Assembly (NCBI RefSeq): GCF_001194135.2
Contig: NC_068990.1
Location: forward strand, 83,987,502 to 84,029,607
Length of the DNA: 42,106 nt
Direction of reading: 5' to 3'
Origin: Octopus bimaculoides
Taxonomy: Eukaryota
Under the pieces are notes generated by a model. That model had not been told where the DNA came from. It searched no databases and saw nothing but the letters and a program-made list of their open reading frames with translations. Numbering within the stretch: the first letter of the stretch is position 1; each line of letters opens with the position of its first letter. Below, in pieces: positions 23,528 to 36,262 of this stretch. The position numbers and the translations under genes were made by a program.

Positions 23528-24407
23528 NNNNNNNNNNNNNNNNNNNNNNNNNNNNNNNNNNNNNNNNNNNNNNNNNNNNNNNNNGTGTGTGTCTGTATGT
23601 GTGTGTGTGTGTGTTTTGTATATAAAACATTAACGTTTATGGTGATCGACTTGGCTAGATTGTTTTTTGATAGTGTTTCAATACAATAATATTACTATTC
23701 AGTCCAACATATATCGTCAGCAGCACGATTTATCTTCCATAAATGTTGTTGTAGTTGTTGTAGTTGATGTTGTAGTAGTAGTGGTCGTTGTTGTTGTTGT
23801 TGTTGCTGTTTACGCAACAAGCTTATAATCGAAAGCTTCCCAGCCATGATTTGTCATCATTTTTTTGTCCTTTTTATTAAACAGTTTGATTTATGAGCAA
23901 GTTAGCTGATATTTCAAGCAGACTGATTGGCCGTATAAAGGTTCTCTTGCGGACTCATATTCGAGTATATTAAATTGGTCTTTTGAATCCTTTTTTTTCT
24001 GTGATTCATCTTTAGTCTGCAAGCAATTCGAAAATACCATCAACGTATCGATACGTTTTTTTTTCCGTTTTCAGGCATTCTAATGGTCTTTGCAGCAGTA
24101 TCGATCGTCTTAGTCTTAGAGAATTACCAAAAGCTGTTGGGTTCTAGAACAACACAGCTTCGAGTCGACCATAGCCTTAGGAGAAATCATTGACAGAATT
24201 TGTGCGAACACCCGTCGTGGAGATGGTTCATGTTCTTGAATGAAAAATTTGATTCGTCGCATAGATTCATACGACTCTCTTGCCTCTTGCTTTGTGTGTA
24301 AGTTCATCGAAATTATATATATATACATATATATACATAATTATATATATATATACAGACATAAGCATACAAATGTGAGTGTGTACAGCTCGATATTTGC
24401 AGCTATG

Positions 24408-24440
<33 letters not shown>

Positions 24441-24777
24441 NNNNNNNNNNNNNNNNNNNNNNNNNNNNNNNNNNNNNNNNNNNNNNNNNNNNNNNNNNNN
24501 NNNNNNNNNNNNNNNNNNNNNNNNNNNNNNNNNNNNNNNNNNNNNNNNNNNNNNNNNNNNNNNNNNNNNNNNNNNNNNNNNNNNNNNNNNNNNNNNNNNN
24601 NNNNNNNNNNNNNNNNNNNNNNNNNNNNNNNNNNNNNNNNNNNNNNNNNNNNNNNNNNNNNNNNNNNNNNNNNNNNNNNNNNNNNNNNNNNNNNNNNNNN
24701 NNNNNNNNNNNNNNNNNNNNNNNNNNNNNNNNNNNNNNNNNNNNNNNNNNNNNNNNNNNNNTATATATATATATACA

Positions 24778-24811
<34 letters not shown>

Positions 24812-25644
24812 CATACATACATATGCATATGTATGTGTATATAAATGACTGTGTGTGTGAGTGTGTACATGTGCTGTCTCGCATGTGTGTATGCATGTAA
24901 ACAGTTGCTAAAAAACCAGTCTTCAAAAATGCTTTGGAACCATTCATATACATTTCTATTTGAACACATTTAGAATTGTATACATTTAGATAAACACGAC
25001 CGTGTCCAAATGATTGCAGAAACGTATATATTTAGATAAACACAGCTGCGTTAAGCCAGAGAGAGAAATCTACGTGGTCAATCGACCTGCTAGAAATTGC
25101 AGTCAAATTTCTCTCAAGCCACAACATTCCTCGTATTGGAAAGGGAAGGGGGCATGATATAATATATACCTTGATACGTCATGTAATCTAGGCCTCAAAT
25201 AAAAAAAAAAGACAGAATGCAGAACGATATAATACTTTTTATCATATAAGAAAGATCGTAACATTTCAGCTGAACTTGAAGCTTTAAAAAAAACATGACT
25301 GTTTCTATGCAACTGGATAACTGTACACGTTTGAGTAAATACGAATGATTTCAAGCATCTACAAGATTGTTCGTATTTAAATAAATACTATGATGTCCTA
25401 ACAGCCCACTGCTCTGTGCTAATTTTTCCCACGCTTATTATAATAGTATCGAAAAATCTACATAATGGTTTGAGAGTGGGTATGTCCACATTTGACATAT
25501 GAGCTCAACAAGTGGCTGACTTCGTTGGTAAGACCCACAAGATCTGTGTGTACTTCAACAAAATCAAGAACGAGCAAGAATCATGTTTCCATGTATACAT
25601 GTGCGTATAAATGTATGTATAGAAACATATACACATGTATATGT

Positions 25645-25685
<41 letters not shown>

Positions 25686-26205
25686 NNNNNNNNNNNNNNN
25701 NNNNNNNNNNNNNNNNNNNNNNNNNNNNNNNNNNNNNNNNNNNNNNNNNNNNNNNNNNNNNNNNNNNNNNNNNNNNNNNNNNNNNNNNNNNNNNNNNNNN
25801 NNNNNNNNNNNNNNNNNNNNNNNNNNNNNNNNNNNNNNNNNNNNNNNNNNNNNNNNNNNNNNNNNNNNNNNNNNNNNNNNNNNNNNNNNNNNNNNNNNNN
25901 NNNNNNNNNNNNNNNNNNNNNNNNNNNNNNNNNNNNNNNNATATATATATATACATTTATACACACACATACATGTATACATATATAAATACATATATAA
26001 ACAAACACACGTACATTCACACACATACACTCACATACACTCATACACACGCATACACACATATATACACACACATACATACACATACATACATACATAC
26101 ACACACACATACATACACACACACACATACATACACACAAACACATACATACGCACACACATACACACACATACAAACACACATATACACATACACATAC
26201 ACAGT

Positions 26206-26298
26206 CGTTTCAGCTATTTGACTGCGGCCATGCTGGAGCACAAGCTTTAGTCGAACAAATCGACCCCAAGACTTATTCTTCGTAAGCTAGTATTTATT
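26206..26298 (-). mobile_element. SINE family B 3' fragment
   Basis: GTTTCAGCTATTTGACTGCGGCCATGCTGGAGCAC...TTTAGTCGAACAAATCGACCCCAAGACTTATTC. Confidence 0.8.
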
Positions 26299-26919
26299 AG
26301 TAAGCTTTGAACTCGCTACCAGTCGTTTACGTTGTAAAAATCGAGGAATATATACACTTAAAAAGTATTGAGTGACCTTTTCGGTTTAATATTAAATTAT
26401 ATGCATATATAACTTCATGTGTATTATTAATACAGATGAAGTATTTGTATATACATAACTTCATCATGTATGTATGTATGTATGTATGTATGTATGTACG
26501 TACGTACACTATGCAATATGTTAATCTTATATAGTTTCTTTAAACAGCCTTTTACTTTTCACTTGAGTATTTTCATGATTCTGATATCAGTAATCCAATA
26601 ATTACTCTGCAGGAAGGATGGTTTCTAAACAACTGGACAAGTGTACATATTTGAATAAATATCGCAGTTTCCTAGCAACAAGAATTTTTTTTTTCTTTTG
26701 GGGTTATCTTTATTAATGGAGTTCATTTTTACAGATAGTTGTGAATGTGTCTGTTAATGATATGTATGTATTATCTGTGAGTTTCTGAATATATTAATAA
26801 CTAATGTAAGATGTTACAGTTAGATATTATTCTTGTGAAGGCAGTGTGATGACGTCAGAGCCTCACTATCAAGCAGTGATTTAAGATCTACTGTAATACA
26901 CTAGTTCATTGTATGTTGG

Positions 26920-27030
26920 CAGGAGCAGCAGTCGGTTAAATTGACCCCTGTACTTGACTGGTACTTTATTTTAACAAGTACAAAAGGATGAAAGTTAAAG
27001 ATGAGTTTCCGACTGATTTGAGCCAGAACA
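26920..27030 (-). mobile_element. Diverged SINE family A fragment
   Basis: CAGTCGGTTAAATTGACCCCTGTACTTGACTGGTACTTTATTTT...AAAGGATGAAAG is a decayed family A core. Confidence 0.6.
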
Positions 27031-27447
27031 AATACATCGCTTAACCCTTTGTCTGTCCAAAGCATTTTTATAAGGCTGTCAAACGTCCATGCTTGTTTTC
27101 AGATTTTTAACTTAAGCCGTGTTCCGAATATTCTTAGTTATATAAAGCTTCCTTTTCCTAAGTCCCATGTTAATTAAAAACAATTGGGAGCGTATCTTAT
27201 ATATGATGCATGAACACTAGGGAAATATAACCCTGGGTATCACATGTGATACACAGGACCAGTGAAGTGGTCAATAATCTGTCTATCCACCAGCCCTAAT
27301 AGTGAATTGTACAATCTTAAATATTATTGCATCTAAATAATCTGTGGTTGGTTTTGATAACGTACCGTGTTTACTCAATCATTGCTGTTATTGGTCACCT
27401 GCCTTACATTACTTGCTCTATTAGATCGTATTTATAATGTCTCTTGT

Positions 27448-27742
27448 CCCACTAAATTCGTTATCGTTATTTATAACCCCCTTTGTCCTCCTGAATCCAA
27501 TGTTGGCATTGATAACGTTCTTTATCCTACTCAATTCATTGATGCTATGCATAAATTCTCGGTTCCTATTTAATCCAGTTTTGATACTCATGCCGTCTTT
27601 CGTCCTCCCAAACTATTGTAAGCAGTTTATAGCTGTCTGCTTCCTACACAATCCGATGTTGGTATTGATAGCCTCCCTTGTTTCCCATGCTTCCTTGTCC
27701 TCCCTTGACCTATTCAATCCATTGTTAATAGTTATAACCTCT
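27448..27742. repeat. Degenerate 39-bp tandem repeat, which resumes at 28463-28530 after SINE insertions
   Basis: Units start at 27448, 27487, 27526, 27565, 27604, 27643, then a 27-nt spacer, then 27709, 28463 and 28502. The consensus is roughly CCTACTCAATCCAxTGTTGxTATTxATAAC. Confidence 0.85.
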
Positions 27743-28010
27743 AAAGGCGATGGGCTGACCAAATCTTTTCCACCTGGACTAAATGCTTAGCGGTATTATT
27801 TCCGGTTCTGTGCTCTGAGTTCAACTTCCACCAATCGCAATAAAATGATTACCAGTCAAGTACAGGTGTTATTGTAATCAAGTAGCTACATCCCCCAAAT
27901 ATTCAGGTCTTTTACTTAGAGTAGAAAGAAAAAAATATTTATAATTTCTTAGGCAGTCAATTGGCGGAACTGTTAGCGAGTCTGACAAAATACCTAGTAG
28001 CATCTCTTTA
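27743..28010 (+). mobile_element. Diverged SINE family A copy plus a second head fragment
   Basis: AAAGGCGATGGGCTGACC...AAATGCTTAGCGGTATT...CTGAGTTCAAC..., followed by TTGGCGGAACTGTTAGCGAGTCTGACAAAATACCTAG. Confidence 0.6.
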
Positions 28011-28019
28011 TTTTTCCAT

Positions 28020-28439
28020 TACTCTTTACTCTTTTACTTGTTTCAGTCATTTGACTGCGGCCATGCTGGAGCAGCGCCTTTAGTCGAGCAAATCGACCCC
28101 AGGACTTATTCTTTGTAAGCCTAGTACTTATTCTATCGGTCTCTTTTGCCGAACCGCTAAGTTACGAGAACGTAAACACACCAGCATCGGTTGTCAAGCG
28201 ATGTTGGGGGGGTGGGGGTCAAACACAGACACACAAACATATACACACACACATATATGTGTATATACATATACATATATACGACGGGCTTCTTTCAGGT
28301 TCCGTCTACCTAATCCACTCACAAGGCTTTGGTCGGCCCGAGGCTATAGTAGAAGACACTTGCCCAAGATGCCACGCAGTGGGGCTGAACCCGGAACCAT
28401 GTGGCTGGTAAGCAAGCTACTTACCACACAGCCACTCCT
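28020..28439 (-). mobile_element. Full-length SINE family B copy
   Basis: Same architecture as 10923-11298, with head AGGAGTGGCTGTGTGGTAAG...GGTTCCGGGTTCAGCCCC. Confidence 0.88.
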
Positions 28440-29739
28440 GTTAAGATTTATGAACACTGTTTCCTACCCAATTCATTATTGTTATTTATAACGTCACTAA
28501 TCCTACTCAACCCATTTTTATGCTGTTTAGGACAAAGCTGGTGCTTAATCAACTCGTAGTTGAGCTTCACGGATCTCGTTATTTTGATCGCTCTCCCAAT
28601 GTCAATATATCAAGCAATCAGCCTTTTTCCCTCTGTAAATATATATATGTTGATCATTAGGTTATCTCTATGAATTTCTTCATTATTTCACCATGATTGG
28701 TTCGTATGGCAACTACATCTTGAAACTGTTCACCAACTTCACTCTGACATGCATGCATCTTCCCGTGATACGACAACGTTAATTTACGTTCGTTTGGTGA
28801 CAGTGCGTCGGAAAATATTAAACTCTTTTCCGCTTGCACTGAATAAGTCTGTCCCATTATCCAAAATTCAGTTTCCAGATGATTGAAAACAAAACACTTT
28901 TAATCTCCTTCAAAAGTTTGTTTACAAATTTTGAATTTAGGACAGTATCATTTTCTTCTCAGAATTTGTTCCGCCGACTTAATGAATTACTTCATATATT
29001 TTGTCACCAGCTGTGGTCAAACTGTTTTATTCTGCTCTCTTTCTTTCTTTTACCTGGCGTCTATTTTTCCTTTGGCTTAGCTTCAGTAGCATAGAATCGG
29101 TTACACTAGTGTTTCACTGCTTTGTCAGTTGTGCTTTTTGAGCCAATCAAGGACCAGTAATGTTAGCAATTTTAGCTAGTTTTAGCCAGCGCCGAACTCT
29201 TTTCTTTCTCTATAGGATGTTCTCTTTTTCTTTCCCCCTCTCTTTCTCCCCTCTCTCTCACTCCCCTCTCTCTCTCACACACATACACACACACTGTCTT
29301 TCATTCTCACTTTCCCTCATATCTGCAACTACAGCTTGGAATCAGCTGTCTTAAATCACAAGCCCATTAAAATGAATGAGAAAACGTTGACGATTGTTAT
29401 TTCAACAAAGTTGTTAATACTTACATTATCTCAGTAGGGATCTCTGTATTTCTGGCCATTAGCTACTTGTACAAATTGATCTTGTATATAAGATTAATTT
29501 GTTCAAGTAGATAACAGCCTGCAGTTAATCTTTCTATGACACAAATTATTCAATCAATATTGCAAAACATGAATAAACTTTATCAGAAAACACATCTAAC
29601 ATTTTATTAATGTCATACAACTCAATTTGTTATTCTATATTACCGTATTAATTGCATTATTCTTTCTTATCCTGTGCTCACAAGCCATGTCCTGTTTTGG
29701 GTTGTATTCAAGCTAGAAGAGTGTGTATGAATATTTTTT

Positions 29740-30988
29740 CTGTATTTAATCATTTAAATTCTTTCTCTGAAAAAGGAGCTGGTTTCTAACAAAGATACAA
29801 AGCTCCATCTTTGGAATGTAAATAACGAAAGCAATGTCGCATTTAAAACCTATGAAAAGTCTCGCATAGTTTTACTGTTCCGCTTATAGATTGTATTTAT
29901 TGTGTGTGAATCAGTTGGTTGATTTCTTTTTCTGGAAATCCAAGCTTATCCAGTTAGGCATTTACTTACAAAACTAAGTGCTCCAATTATTATTGGTGTA
30001 AATGTAAATTTGTAATCCGGATATAGAAGCTGCAGGTTTCGAAACAGCTGTCCTTAAGTTATCTTTCTCTTTGATTTTCGAAGAGATATTCACACCGGTA
30101 GGACAGACAGTTGACCACTATGAACGGTGCATACTTTTTCTTGTCTGTCCCAAACAACGATATCCTGCTTGTTATGTAAAACACTTGACAGCTGTTTTGA
30201 TGGGAATGTTCTAGTATTTCTTGTGCTGGTATTTGTGTACATTCTCAATAAAAAGGGTATTCTCTATATTTATTCCAGGACGGTCTTTTTTCCGAATGGC
30301 ATTGTATTTTTTTTTTTTTTTTTTTGCGACAGCGTCATGTCACATAGGGAGGTAGTATCTTGATGACATTTTTGGACAGCTGCTAATCACATGCGCGGTG
30401 TCTTCCATAGAAATATGACATAATCTACATTTACAGTTGCATCTTGGCACCCCAAGAGTTTCACTGTCTCTTTTGTTGGTTAGCTATTCAGCTGTAACCT
30501 CCTGTTCTTGAATTGCAAATGCACAGCCTTCGAAGTGTAATATGATGTAGCAGTCACGAGTCCAAGAGGCTTCGCTTAATATCAATGTTATTGTCTTCTT
30601 CAAGTCTAGGAGAAACATACCTATGCGTGGTCGTTTTTTTATTGGTATGCTGAGCGTTTCACTTCTAGGTCTTTCTTTGATAGTCTAGCTGATTTGGGGT
30701 TGTATGGAAGGCCATCAGGAAGAGAGTAATTCCGGGGGACCTCATTTCCAATACATAGGTTATAATGTATTTATATTTGCTGTTGTTGTTTAGTACGTGC
30801 CGTCTGAGAGAGACTATGTGACATTCATAAACTGTCTGCACTAATCTCAAGCCTCTACCTCCTTTTCCTCTTCTTAGAGAGAGCCTGTTGATATCATTAT
30901 TTTTCTAGAGTTTTTCAGCCGAATTTAGAATCTTGCGGGTTTCAATGTCTATGGAGTAGATTTCTTCTACAGACCAGTCAAGTATCCC
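29740..30988 (-). mobile_element. 5'-truncated, decayed non-LTR retrotransposon with restriction-like endonuclease (R4/Dong-like)
   Basis: Minus-strand remnants in order: GILDWSVEEIYSIDIETRKIL; DINRLSLRRGKGGRGL (GGRG ~30852-30862); CCHC knuckle CRLCHISMEDTAHVISSC (30376-30429) followed by Y-x4-*HDAVA (decayed RHD); HNKQDIVVWDRQEKVCT (decayed PD motif); NLQLLYPDYKFTFTPIIIGAL; stop at 29843-45. The 3' UTR has a GGAGCT/AGCTCC stem (29775-29806). The 3' boundary is approximate. Confidence 0.85.
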
Positions 30989-31365
30989 ATGTATGTATGT
31001 ATGTATGTATGTATGTATGTATGGATGGATGGATGGATGGATGGATGGATGGATGGATGGATCCATGCATGTATGTATGCATCCATGTATGTATGTATGT
31101 ATGTATGCATGCATGTATGCATGTATGTATGTATGTATGCATGCATCCATGTATGTATGTATGTATGTATGTATGCATGCATCCATGTATGTATGCATGT
31201 ATGCATGTATGTGTGTATGTATGTATGCATGCATCCATGTATGTATGTATGTATGCATGTATGTATACATGCATCTATGTATGTATGCATGTATGTATGC
31301 ATGTATGCATGTATGTATGTATGCATGCATCCATGTATGTATATATGTCTTGTTATGTATGTATG

Positions 31366-31394
<29 letters not shown>
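30989..31394. repeat. Compound (TATG/GATG/CATG)n tetranucleotide array
   Basis: Direct reading; abuts the truncated 5' end of the REL retrotransposon. Confidence 0.97.
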
Positions 31395-31396
<2 letters not shown>

Positions 31397-31662
31397 TTGA
31401 TACCATTCTTATCGCTACAGACATTATTTCCTACAACTAAGTTATCAACCCGGAAAGGAAATACTTGTGGAAGTAGTTGATATCTTTTGTTTTCTTATTC
31501 ATTTACAAGAACCACGCTCAAAAACATGTTAATAACGAAGTTTCCCTTGGCTTAAAACCATTTATGCTTGCAGATATCAGTTATTCACGTTTGTAAAGAA
31601 AAGGCTCACACAAGTTTACTGAATGATCATTCATTAATTCATAAGAATTTTTAATAACACTA

Positions 31663-31850
31663 TAGGCGCAGGAGTGGCTGTGTGGTAAGAAGCTTGCTTC
31701 TCGACCACATGGTTCCGGGTTCAGTCCCACTGTGTGGCACCTTCGGCAGATGTTTTCTAACAAATAACCTCGAGCCGACCAGAGCCTGGTGAGTGGATTT
31801 AATAGACGGAAATTGAAAGAAGCACGTCGTTTGTGTGTGTGTGTGTGTGT
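31663..31850 (+). mobile_element. SINE family B 5' half
   Basis: GCAGGAGTGGCTGTGTGGTAAGAAGCTTGCTTCTCGACCACATGGTTCCGGGTTCAGTCCCACTG...GAAAGAAGCACGTCG, then (GT)n. Confidence 0.85.
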
Positions 31851-32358
31851 GCTTGCGTGCGTGCGTGTACGTGTGCGTGTGAGAGAGATTGTGAGAGAGA
31901 GATTGTGAGAGAGAGATGGGAGGAAAACAAATGTTAGAAAACTATTTTTATCCTGTTCCATATAACAAGTAAGATACGAAAAATGGAACGTGTAAGCAAG
32001 AGACATTGAGAAAATATGGAGATAAACATTGGGGAAGATACAAGAACGCTTTTGTAAGCAATTCTTTACTTGAAAAGCAATTAGTTAAAAACTAGCTACA
32101 TTTTAACATCATGGTTCGGAATATAAGCTTGATTTTGGCTGGTAACTGTCAAGATAATTCTTTTTCGTTGACACCAGAAAAATAAAAGGTAAAATGTAGA
32201 GAAAGGGAGAAAAGAGATATATTTAGAGAGTGGAGACAGAAACATGTTATAGGATAATATTAAGTAATTGTTGGTTTTTCTTTGTCTTACGTCGAGAATT
32301 GTTTGTAAGTACTTGTGACTTCATACAAATATGTACTTGCAATTTTAGTATAAATATA

Positions 32359-33758
32359 CGAGAAGGTGCCCAAAAGTAACTGGAAACGTTCTCTGTGGGA
32401 CAAGCCTGTTGTAGTTCGAGCTTCCGACGCTAAAATCCACTTGATACGACCCTCAGGCATCAGAATGCAGACCGGCGTTGTCGACTAAAATCGTACTGCC
32501 ACGCTGTGCGTCTTTGTTTTGCAGTGCTTCTCCCCTGTTCGTCGATTTTTGCAATGGCTGAAACGAAGGAACAGCGTGCTTCCATGAAATTCTGTTTTCT
32601 GCTGGGGAAAACGGCGGCCGAAACGGTTTTCATGCTTCAAACAACTTACAAGGACTCTCTCGTGAGCAAAACAGGTTTACGAGTGATTTTCATGCTTTAG
32701 GAATGGTCACTTGTCTCTTGAAGACCAACCTCGTTCAAGGTAACTGTCGAAGTCCCGAACGAATGAAAACATTATGAAAATTCATGAACTGATCTTGGCG
32801 GACTGTCGCCGAACAATTGACAAATTTGTTGATATGAGTGGTGTGTCTNNNNNNNNNNNNNNNNNNNNNNNNNNNNNNNNNNNNNNNNNNNNNNNNNNNN
32901 NNNNNNNNNNNNNNNNNNNNNNNNNNNNNNNNNNNNNNNNNNNNNNNNNNNNNNNNNNNNNNNNNNNNNNNNNNNNNNNNNNNNNNNNNNNNNNNNNNNN
33001 NNNNNNNNNNNNNNNNNNNNNNNNGTGCCTCGCTTACGCACGGAAGGTCAAAAGTAGTCACGACTAAATGCGTGTCGTGAACTGAAGGAACAGGTGGCAG
33101 TTGATCCGGGCCTTTTTTTCGAAGGTCACCACTGGTGACGAAAGCTGGTGCTGCGGCTACGACTCAGAAATGAAGCAGTAATCAAGTCAAGGGAAGCATT
33201 CGATGTCACCACATCTCAAAAAAGTACATCAAGTGAAGTCCTATGTCAAGACAATGCTGATTTGTTTCATCGATGTGAAAAGAATTGCCCACACAAAATT
33301 TGTTCCTCCTGGTCAAACTGTTAACCAGACATTTTACTTAGCAGTTTTGGAGCGTTTGCGGGACGCCGTGTGACGAAAATGCCATGACCTTTGGTGAAGT
33401 GAGGAATGGTGGTTTCATAAAGACAATGCGCCTGCACACACCACTTTGAGTGTAACAGTTTTTGACCAAAAATGGCATGACCCCAGTTACACATCCTCCC
33501 ATTTTTTTACCCCGAATGAAAAGTCTTTAAAGGGAAACATTTTGCTGATGTAGAAGAGATGAAGAAAAAAACCACAGAGGAGTTAAATGGCATCACTTCG
33601 CAAGAGTTCCAGGACTGTTTCGAACAGTGGAAAACGTGTCTGGACCGATGCATTGCTTCAAATGGAGAATACATTGAAGGCGATAAAAGTGTAGCCATGT
33701 AAAACTAAGTGAATAAAATAATATTGCAAAATTCCGGTTTCTTTGGAGTACCCCTTCG
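32359..33758 (+). mobile_element. Near full-length dead mariner (DD34D-type) transposon, spanning a gap
   Basis: TA TSDs lie at 32357-58 and 33759-60, and the TIRs CGAGAAGGTGCCCAAAAGTAACTGGAA / CGAAGGGGTACTCCAAAGAAACCGGAA match 19/27. The ATG is at 32554 (MAETKEQRASMKFCFLLGKTAAET). Motifs are VPRL (33024), TGDESW (33131), KDNAPAH (~33420) and HPP. The YSPDLAPxD motif carrying the third Asp is deleted near 33500, and there are several stops and frameshifts. Confidence 0.92.
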
Positions 33759-33952
33759 TATATAAACTAGGTCTTTTATCTGTCGCTACGCTACCGGTAA
33801 AAATTTTTGTTAATCACGTATGTACCTTCTTTTAATAGTAAACTGTTATGTAGTGAAATCTCATTAGTTACTAAGGAGACAACGATCTACCTATCTACCT
33901 TTCATACACACGCACATACACACACACACACATACACACACACACACACACA

Positions 33953-34004
33953 CTCTCTCTCTCTCTCTCTCTCTTTCTCCGTCTCTCTCTCTCTCTCTTT
34001 TCCG

Positions 34005-34086
<82 letters not shown>

Positions 34087-34135
34087 CGTATCTCTCTCTC
34101 TCTTTCTCCGTATCTCTCTCTCTCTCTCTCTTTCT
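33953..34135. repeat. (CT)n microsatellite with TTCTCCGT interruptions
   Basis: Direct reading. Confidence 0.97.
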
Positions 34136-34832
34136 CACTGAATTTCTCTCAGCTGCAACAACCGATCATTATAGTGAAAGACAAAAACACGCACGCACAC
34201 AAGCGAACAAAGAATAACTATATTGTTATATTGAGAAAGTCTTTTTGTTTTTGGAGCTGTGTTGCGTTGCACTGTCTCTATGTTAAAAAACTTACAGGAA
34301 CACACACACATACACACATACACACACACAATCAGCTAAAACAATGACTATCTATATTGTTATATGATGAAAGTCTTTTCTTAAGCTGTGTTGTGTTGAC
34401 AGACTTGCACTTAAAATTCTCGCATTTTTTAATCAAAATTTGTTAGTTACTATGGGGGATCGTGGGCCTTGAGAAAGAAGTTCTGATAGTTGAAGAGACA
34501 TTTTTGGAACTAATTAGTGGTGTTGGAGTTCTCTTCCCTGCTTGCTTTTTTTAAAAGATTTTAAACACCCGTAGGTTTTTTATTTATTTATTAATTGTAT
34601 GAATAATTCCAGTTGATCAAGTTTTCTACTTAACTAACTAAATTGCATATGTAAGACCCAACCGCAGTATATTGTAAGGTTGTGAGCATAGCTAGAAAGC
34701 ACGTACAACACATACAGTGTCGACAGACTCAGGAAGCTTACGACTGTTAAAAAAATATATATGTTCAGTTGCAGAAAACAAAATTCTATATAGGTCATAG
34801 ATAAAATTGCATGAATGCAAGTGTGTGTATGT

Positions 34833-34866
<34 letters not shown>

Positions 34867-35845
34867 TAGATAGACAGAGGCCGAAAGTTATCCAATGCAC
34901 ATATCAATCAAACCATCCTTTCACATTCAGTGTGTTTACTACCGACTTAGTTATACATCCACACCAGAGTAACAATGTTTGTCTATCTAGCTGTCTGCAT
35001 GTTCGGTTTTTCATGCAACTTGTCTATTTGCCTGTTTGTTTGTCTATCCATTTGCCAACCAAGTTAGATATCTATTTGCACATTTATCTGTCATGTTATA
35101 TGTCTACCACACGAGTGAAGAAAGAGCGCCAGACAGAGACCAGTTACAATTTTTTTTTTTATATTTCAAAACATAAAAATATAATTCTGTAATTTATACG
35201 ATAGATACAGCTGCGTTTACTTGACATGGATAAACATAACAATGAAAACAACCTTCCACATTCAATTCGTATTGTGGTATCCAAGTACTCAAATTTCTGC
35301 GCTTGAGTTTACCCCAACTGCTTGACGTCATGTCGGTTTCTTTACACCCACGTAACTTAGCAGTTCACCCAAAAGAAGTGGATAGACCACACATCAGACT
35401 TAAATTAAGTATGGGGATCGATTTGTTCGATTACATCCTACAAGTTGGTATTGCGCAGCATGATTGCAATGACTGAATGCATATACAAATATATATTGAT
35501 AAGTAATTGTAAAATCCAAGGACGTAGGTGTATGACGTTAGTAGGATTCGAACAGTTTGTGGTGGTAGGATAAAAGACAACTTTGAGGGACAATAATAGT
35601 TTATTGACGTAGGCTGTAGGCTTTTCCCATGTCGATGTTCGATAAGCTGAAAATGTTTTTTTTTCTTTATATAGTTCATGGTTTTATAGTTCAACTTGGG
35701 TGCTACAAATGCGAATAAAAATCCAAATTTAGGGAGTGGAGGAGGTCAAATCCAGGCTACATATGTTTTCTAATTAGCAGAACCTCGGACCGTGCTTTAC
35801 CAGTAAGCTACCAGGTGTAAGCCATTCATTCTATTATCCAATATT

Positions 35846-35886
<41 letters not shown>

Positions 35887-36142
35887 ACATATACATATAT
35901 GTGTGTGTATACATGTACATATACATATGTATACATATATATATGTATGCATACATATATATACGTATACATATACATATGTATGCACACATATACATAT
36001 ATGTATACATATACATATATATATATATATACATACATACATACATACATACATATGTGTGTATTTTTTTATAAAATATATAGATGAAGATATATATATA
36101 TATGTATGATTATCTATGTGTTTATGCATATAGATAGGCTGC

Positions 36143-36167
36143 TAGATAGATAGATAGACAGACAGAC

Positions 36168-36229
<62 letters not shown>

Positions 36230-36262
36230 GTAGGTAGGTAGATAGATAGAAGTAGGTAGAGA
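36143..36262. repeat. (GATA/GACA/GGTA)n microsatellite
   Basis: Direct reading. Confidence 0.95.

Noticed and set aside
6380-28530. 17-bp, 14-bp and 39-bp arrays as CRISPR
   Set aside because: The units are contiguous with no unique spacers, there are no cas genes, and the DNA is eukaryotic.
32849-33023. Gap in the mariner longer (175 N) than the ~60 nt expected between SGVS and VPRL
   Set aside because: Gap sizes in draft scaffolds are estimates, so a nested insertion cannot be inferred.
34218-34401. Two ~50-bp diverged direct repeats (CTATATTGTTATAT...GAAAGTCTTTT...AGCTGTGTTG) and a similar local echo at ~97-117 / ~392-411
   Set aside because: These are ordinary small local duplications beside CA tracts, with no further structure.
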